Assembly (NCBI RefSeq): GCF_052425735.1
Contig: NC_135759.1
Coordinates: 37,758,001 to 37,822,000 of the forward strand
Reading direction: 5' to 3'
Length of the DNA stretch: 64,000 nucleotides
Source of the DNA: Oculina patagonica
Lineage: Eukaryota
How positions within the stretch are numbered: position 1 is the first letter of the stretch; each line of letters opens with the position of its first letter. Below are positions 61,401-64,000 of this stretch, one piece after another. The translations under genes were made by a program, and so were the position numbers. A model generated the notes under the pieces. The model had not been told where the DNA came from. It searched no databases and was given only the letters and a program-made list of their open reading frames with translations.

Positions 61401-62671
61401 GCCCCCTCAAATACATTGCGCAGCTTACCAGTACTTTATACCATGCCATAGAAAATACAGCCAATCAGAATACAGGAAAGCCGTTGTATATCCGACGGTA
61501 TTCAACCCAACCTTCCCATAGTGCGCTGCGACTGTATTCTCGACGAAATTTAGTAAGCGTATTTTCTATGGCATGGTATAAAATAGTTACACAACACTTT
61601 CTCGTGGTATACTATGGAATATCCCACTTGTCACTTGTATTTTCTTGGCATACATGTTGCAGTTAAATTTTGATCTTAGTTAATTTTTTTATTTTAACTA
61701 GTTAGTTTTTTTCTAACTAGTTTTTTTATTATTATTCTAGATTAATAAGTAGAAAAAGTAGAACACCTCCCCCCTTGATATCTCATACCCCCCCCCATCC
61801 TTACTAACCCTCCCCTACTATCTGCTACTATCCCCCTCCCGTAAGTACTATTATATTTTTTTTCTTTTTACTAACCTGCACTGGATTTGAACTCTCAACC
61901 TCTGGATTTGCTGTCCAACCCCTTATCCACTGTGCCACGTAGGAAACGTTGGGTGAACCACTATTTTTTAAAATATATGATACCCTAACCCTAACCCCAT
62001 TATTTAACTAGTTAAAAAAAATCAACTAGTTAGAAAAAACTAACTAGTTAAAATAAAAAATTAACTGAGATCACAAATTAACTGCAACATACACACTCGC
62101 CTAAAGGCTCGTGTGTATACCGAGAAAATACAAGTGACTCGTGGGATATTCCATAGTATACCACTCGAAAGCGTTGCATAACTAGTATTTATACCATGCC
62201 ATAGAAAATACAGCCAATCAGGAAACTTTCCGATCCTGCAACTGCGACCTTATTCTGGACGAAATTTAGTAAGCATTTTTTGCATGGCATGGTATAAAAA
62301 AGTTACACAACACTTTCTCGTGCTATACTATCATAATGGAATATCCCACTTGTCACTTGTATTTTCTTGGTATACACACAAGCCTTCGACTTGTGGGATA
62401 TTCCATAGTATGCCACTCTAAAGCATTGCATAACTAGTATGTATTCATTATAACAAAGTTAAATACACCCAGGCCCATCATCTTAACTTGGAAAAAAACA
62501 TTTCTAGGGAGACAGGGGGAGGAAATTAATTTACCATGCACAGCATACCTCATGTAGAGCCTTGTGAAGTTTCTCCAGCATGTTCTCAATCTCTCCAGGG
62601 GCACCAGGGTTTAACTCAACTTGCTGGTAGGTGTGGTTATGGGTCACATTAACCAGGTCAAGACATTTACC
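19879..62671 (-). CDS. EPG5: Ectopic P-granules autophagy protein 5 homolog; 51 exons in window, 5' end beyond window
   Basis: Exons (5' to 3'): 62549-62671, 60953-61073, 59910-60055, 58105-58331, 56644-56687, 55609-55664, 54976-55096, 54226-54394, 53657-53845, 52891-53057, 52354-52499, 51290-51430, 50358-50522, 49615-49764, 45216-45387, 44624-44789, 43514-43654, 43083-43203, 42188-42285, 41614-41716, 41204-41302, 40984-41121, 39995-40161, 39198-39413, 38019-38142, 37032-37236, 35362-35533, 34525-34615, 33967-34038, 33088-33230, 32655-32701, 32197-32318, 31517-31702, 30546-30677, 29974-30055, 29506-29627, 29062-29263, 27892-27967, 27319-27422, 26729-26898, 26469-26554, 25694-25790, 25253-25317, 24834-24923, 24119-24182, 23716-23860, 23253-23609, 22318-22450, 21505-21714, 20539-20650, 19879-20118. 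All are GT-AG and sum to 7035 nt (2344 aa + TAA). Recognisable EPG5 blocks: [88 protein letters not shown]. Confidence 0.95.
21505..21714 (-). CDS. EPG5: EPG5 exon with [23 protein letters not shown] motif
   Basis: Conserved EPG5 C-terminal motif with canonical splice sites. Confidence 0.92.
22597..22656. repeat. (ATCA)n microsatellite
   Basis: Direct inspection. Confidence 0.95.
22937..23201. mobile_element. Palindromic MITE
   Basis: CTTGTCCCTCTTAGCCGGCTGAGCCTG / CAGGCTCAGCCGGCTAAGAGGGACAAG with further internal inverted repeats. Confidence 0.8.
28095..28340 (-). mobile_element. tRNA-derived interspersed repeat (degenerate)
   Basis: The - strand has CTCAGTTGGTTAG...GAGCGCCCAACTGGTATCTGGGAGGCCATGGGTT..CCCGTCGGGGACTCAGAATTTT. 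Confidence 0.55.
28408..28546. mobile_element. Short hairpin MITE (GCCTGCGTAGC termini)
   Basis: ~45-bp inverted arms. A related element is at 60319-60569. Confidence 0.75.
28569..28819. mobile_element. MITE with AATCTCGTTCCCAGAG-type termini
   Basis: Inverted ends CTCGTTCCCAGAG / CTCTGGGGACGA. Confidence 0.6.
30062..30240. repeat. Compound (TCAA)n/(TCAG)n microsatellite
   Basis: Direct inspection; degenerate continuation at 30345-30480. Confidence 0.95.
31113..31494. mobile_element. Kolobok-like MITE
   Basis: TTAA TSD; TIR AGGGACCATGTCACGG / CCGTAACAGAGTCCCT. Confidence 0.75.
32418..32585 (+). mobile_element. tRNA-headed SINE, internally deleted
   Basis: GGAGGTGTGATGGCCTAACGGTTAGCGCGCTGGACTC...GGGTTCGAGCCC head followed by TTCTTGGGCAAGACAC body. 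Confidence 0.75.
34869..35308. mobile_element. Tc1/mariner-like MITE (TA TSD)
   Basis: TA|CCTTATTATAGGAAATTAACGC ... GCGTTAATTTCCTATAATAAGG|TA. Confidence 0.85.
35670..36050 (+). mobile_element. 3' fragment of a CR1/L2-group LINE
   Basis: Peptide YRLRN...[25 protein letters not shown] is typical of the ORF2 C-terminus; the 3' UTR ends AATAAAG(TTATC)n. Confidence 0.8.
37387..37833. mobile_element. Tc1/mariner-like MITE (CCGTA termini, TA TSD)
   Basis: TA|CCGTATTTATTCGATTAAGCGCCC ... GGGCGCTTAATCAAATAAATACGG|TA; internal ATAAGCGCCC repeats; a fragment is at 22708-22780. Confidence 0.88.
38346..38627. mobile_element. MITE
   Basis: GAGCGGTTTTCACTTGAGTGTCG / CGACACTCGATTGAAAACTGCTC inverted ends. 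Confidence 0.8.
39995..40161 (-). CDS. EPG5: EPG5 exon ([33 protein letters not shown])
   Basis: Conserved EPG5 block with canonical splice sites. Confidence 0.92.
42780..42877. repeat. Near-perfect ~100-bp palindrome (hairpin-type element)
   Basis: AATTAGACTAC...CTATGAGCGATAGTCAAC-GAGGCTGCAGCCGA-GTTGACTATCGCTCATAG...GTAGTCTAATT. Confidence 0.85.
44156..44605. mobile_element. Kolobok-like MITE with ~140-bp TIRs
   Basis: TTAA TSD, AG termini, long near-perfect inverted arms. Confidence 0.88.
49955..50240 (-). mobile_element. Penelope-like element 3' fragment: GIY-YIG C-terminus plus degenerate minimal hammerhead ribozyme
   Basis: Peptide [20 protein letters not shown], followed on the - strand by CTGAAGA-AGTCTC-GTTG-GAGAC-AAAA-CATG-TC. 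Confidence 0.7.
51576..51800 (+). mobile_element. tRNA-headed SINE with Deu/Nin-like central domain
   Basis: TTAGCTTAGTTGGTAAAGCA head; GGACGTTAAAGAAC..CAC...AAGAGTAGGG...CCTGGTGT resembles the Deu/Nin SINE domain (from recall). Confidence 0.55.
51892..51980. repeat. (CAT)n/(CAC)n microsatellite
   Basis: Direct inspection; it produces a spurious poly-His ORF. Confidence 0.95.
52800..52843. repeat. (CACGG)n microsatellite
   Basis: Direct inspection. Confidence 0.95.
53197..53394. mobile_element. MITE with 6-bp TSD (AAAAGT)
   Basis: AGGGGTGG / CACACCCCT ends; AAAAGT at 53191-53196 and 53395-53400. Confidence 0.65.
55877..56212. mobile_element. MITE with internal (CGGAT)/(ATCCG) subterminal repeats
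   Basis: TIR GGGCGTTGACAAAA(C/T)CTGGATC / GATCCAGATTTTGTCAACGCCC. Confidence 0.85.
57729..58037. mobile_element. Tc1/mariner-like MITE (TA TSD)
   Basis: TA|CCGTAAAATTCCGGTTATAAGCCC ... GGGCTTATAACCGGAATTCTACGG|TA. Confidence 0.88.
58105..58331 (-). CDS. EPG5: EPG5 exon ([26 protein letters not shown])
   Basis: Conserved EPG5 block with canonical splice sites. Confidence 0.92.
60581..60736. repeat. ~27-bp minisatellite (GCTAACCGCAAGCAAACTAGAGTGAAG-like)
   Basis: About 5-6 degenerate copies. Confidence 0.75.
61655..62089. mobile_element. Ginger-like MITE (TGT...ACA, 4-bp TSD TACA) nested in a tandem palindromic repeat (61432-62437)
   Basis: ~60-bp TIR TGTTGCAGTTAA.TT.TGATCT.AGTTAATTTTTTATTTTAACTAGTTAG; TACA at 61651-61654 and 62090-62093. 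Confidence 0.82.
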
Positions 62672-62909
62672 CTACAAGTGTGATGTACATGTACAGTCAA
62701 CATTAAGAAACTCACCAATGAATGCTGCCACTAATCTCAAAAATAAATGTCTTTGAATATTAGTTGCTTAACATATATAATAAAACTTTATTTATCCTCG
62801 AATTTAATATAGCTAAGACAAGCTAGTTTCTTCGAGAAACAAGTGAAATATATATTAAAATATAAAAATAAAATAAGTAAAATAGAAATAATGCCATGCT
62901 ATTATGCCA

Positions 62910-62975
62910 TCATGTCATGTCATGTCATGTCATAAATCATGTCATGTCATGTCATGTCATAAATCAATCATGTCA
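62910..62975. repeat. (CATGT)n microsatellite
   Basis: Direct inspection. Confidence 0.9.
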
Positions 62976-64000
62976 CACCACTAGACTTTATATCAGAGTT
63001 AGTACTGGTACCGGTAAGCACCAACACTAATTTGACATCTGGCTCTTTTGTTCCCCAGGAGACTTTCCTTATCTACTGCAGACAGGGGAACAAGTGCTAG
63101 TTGATGGCGCGATCACTTCTACGAGAAGTGACTGAGCCTGCGGTTTTTGTCCCAGAAGTTGCTAAGCGACATGACATATATATATATATATATTTTGCTT
63201 GCGCAATTGCTTCTGGAGTACTCGTGGGCCAACACGCTAGTTTTGGATTGGATGAGATAATTCGGAAACTCTTCGAGTGCTTCAACAAAGATTTCCCAAA
63301 ACTGGCACTTATATACATGTATATTTCCCCTGACTGTAATGCCTCATGAATTATTTAAATATACTTATTTTATCTCCTATGTTTCTTAGCAATGCAAGCA
63401 CAGCTCACAATGTGTATAACAAAATAATCTGATTTATTGCTTAGTACACTGTTTTGCACGCAGCATTAATTTTATAACAATATTTTTTGCAACATATCTT
63501 TAATTTAAAAATAGACAAGTAAACAGGGTAAGACATTGTAAAATATTAAAAAGCGATCTCTGGTTAAAAATATGATGAAAATGAGCTTTCGAATACCAGT
63601 CTGTAGTCTTTGACAAGTAATGAATAAAAAGCGCGAACGTTAAAATATATACTATAAAAAGTGTGAAAAAGCAAAATTATAATAAAAACAATAAAAATGT
63701 TTGTGTGCGGGTAAAAATGCAAATGAAAGGTTCAAAATAAAATTAAATATTGTCTTGGTAATTGTTTCGCATTACTGTCAGCATGGTTCGTAACTACTGT
63801 ATGCCAGGATTCCAAAGTTTTTCTAAGTCGATGGAATGGTCGATCAAGGACCATTCCAAAAGATCGCTTTTTAATATTTTACAATATCTTTAGGTATACT
63901 TAATTTTGAGTCTTTCCAAAACAACATGTTTTTCAGTAGGTGTAGAGTTATGTAGACATCTAGGACTCCCTTATTTAGGGAGGAAAACTGTGTGTCACAT

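Overview
Eukaryotic (animal) genomic DNA. The intron-rich genes and the repeat landscape suggest a cnidarian, probably a stony coral; this is an inference. Two convergent protein-coding genes dominate the window. (1) A + strand APC (adenomatous polyposis coli)-like gene, about 537-14441, with 11 predicted exons and about 1557 aa. Its armadillo domain and C-terminal tail lie in one 3.3-kb exon. Instead of a recognisable APC coiled-coil, the N-terminus is a tandem array of five short phase-0 exons that build a repeated P-x-W-acidic-D-S-V-[KR]|D-F motif across the splice junctions, followed by a DSGFCS beta-TrCP-type degron. (2) A - strand EPG5 autophagy tether gene with 51 traced exons, 19879->62671, whose 5' end lies beyond the window. 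A possible third gene starts head-to-head with APC at 443 and runs off the left edge. Introns and the intergenic region are full of MITEs (Kolobok-, Harbinger-, Tc1/mariner-, Ginger-like and unclassified 6-bp-TSD types), tRNA-derived SINEs, LINE and Penelope fragments, and microsatellites. There is a 155-N gap and several stretches that look like low-quality consensus. All exon coordinates were traced by hand. Comparisons with human and fly proteins are from recall, not from a search.
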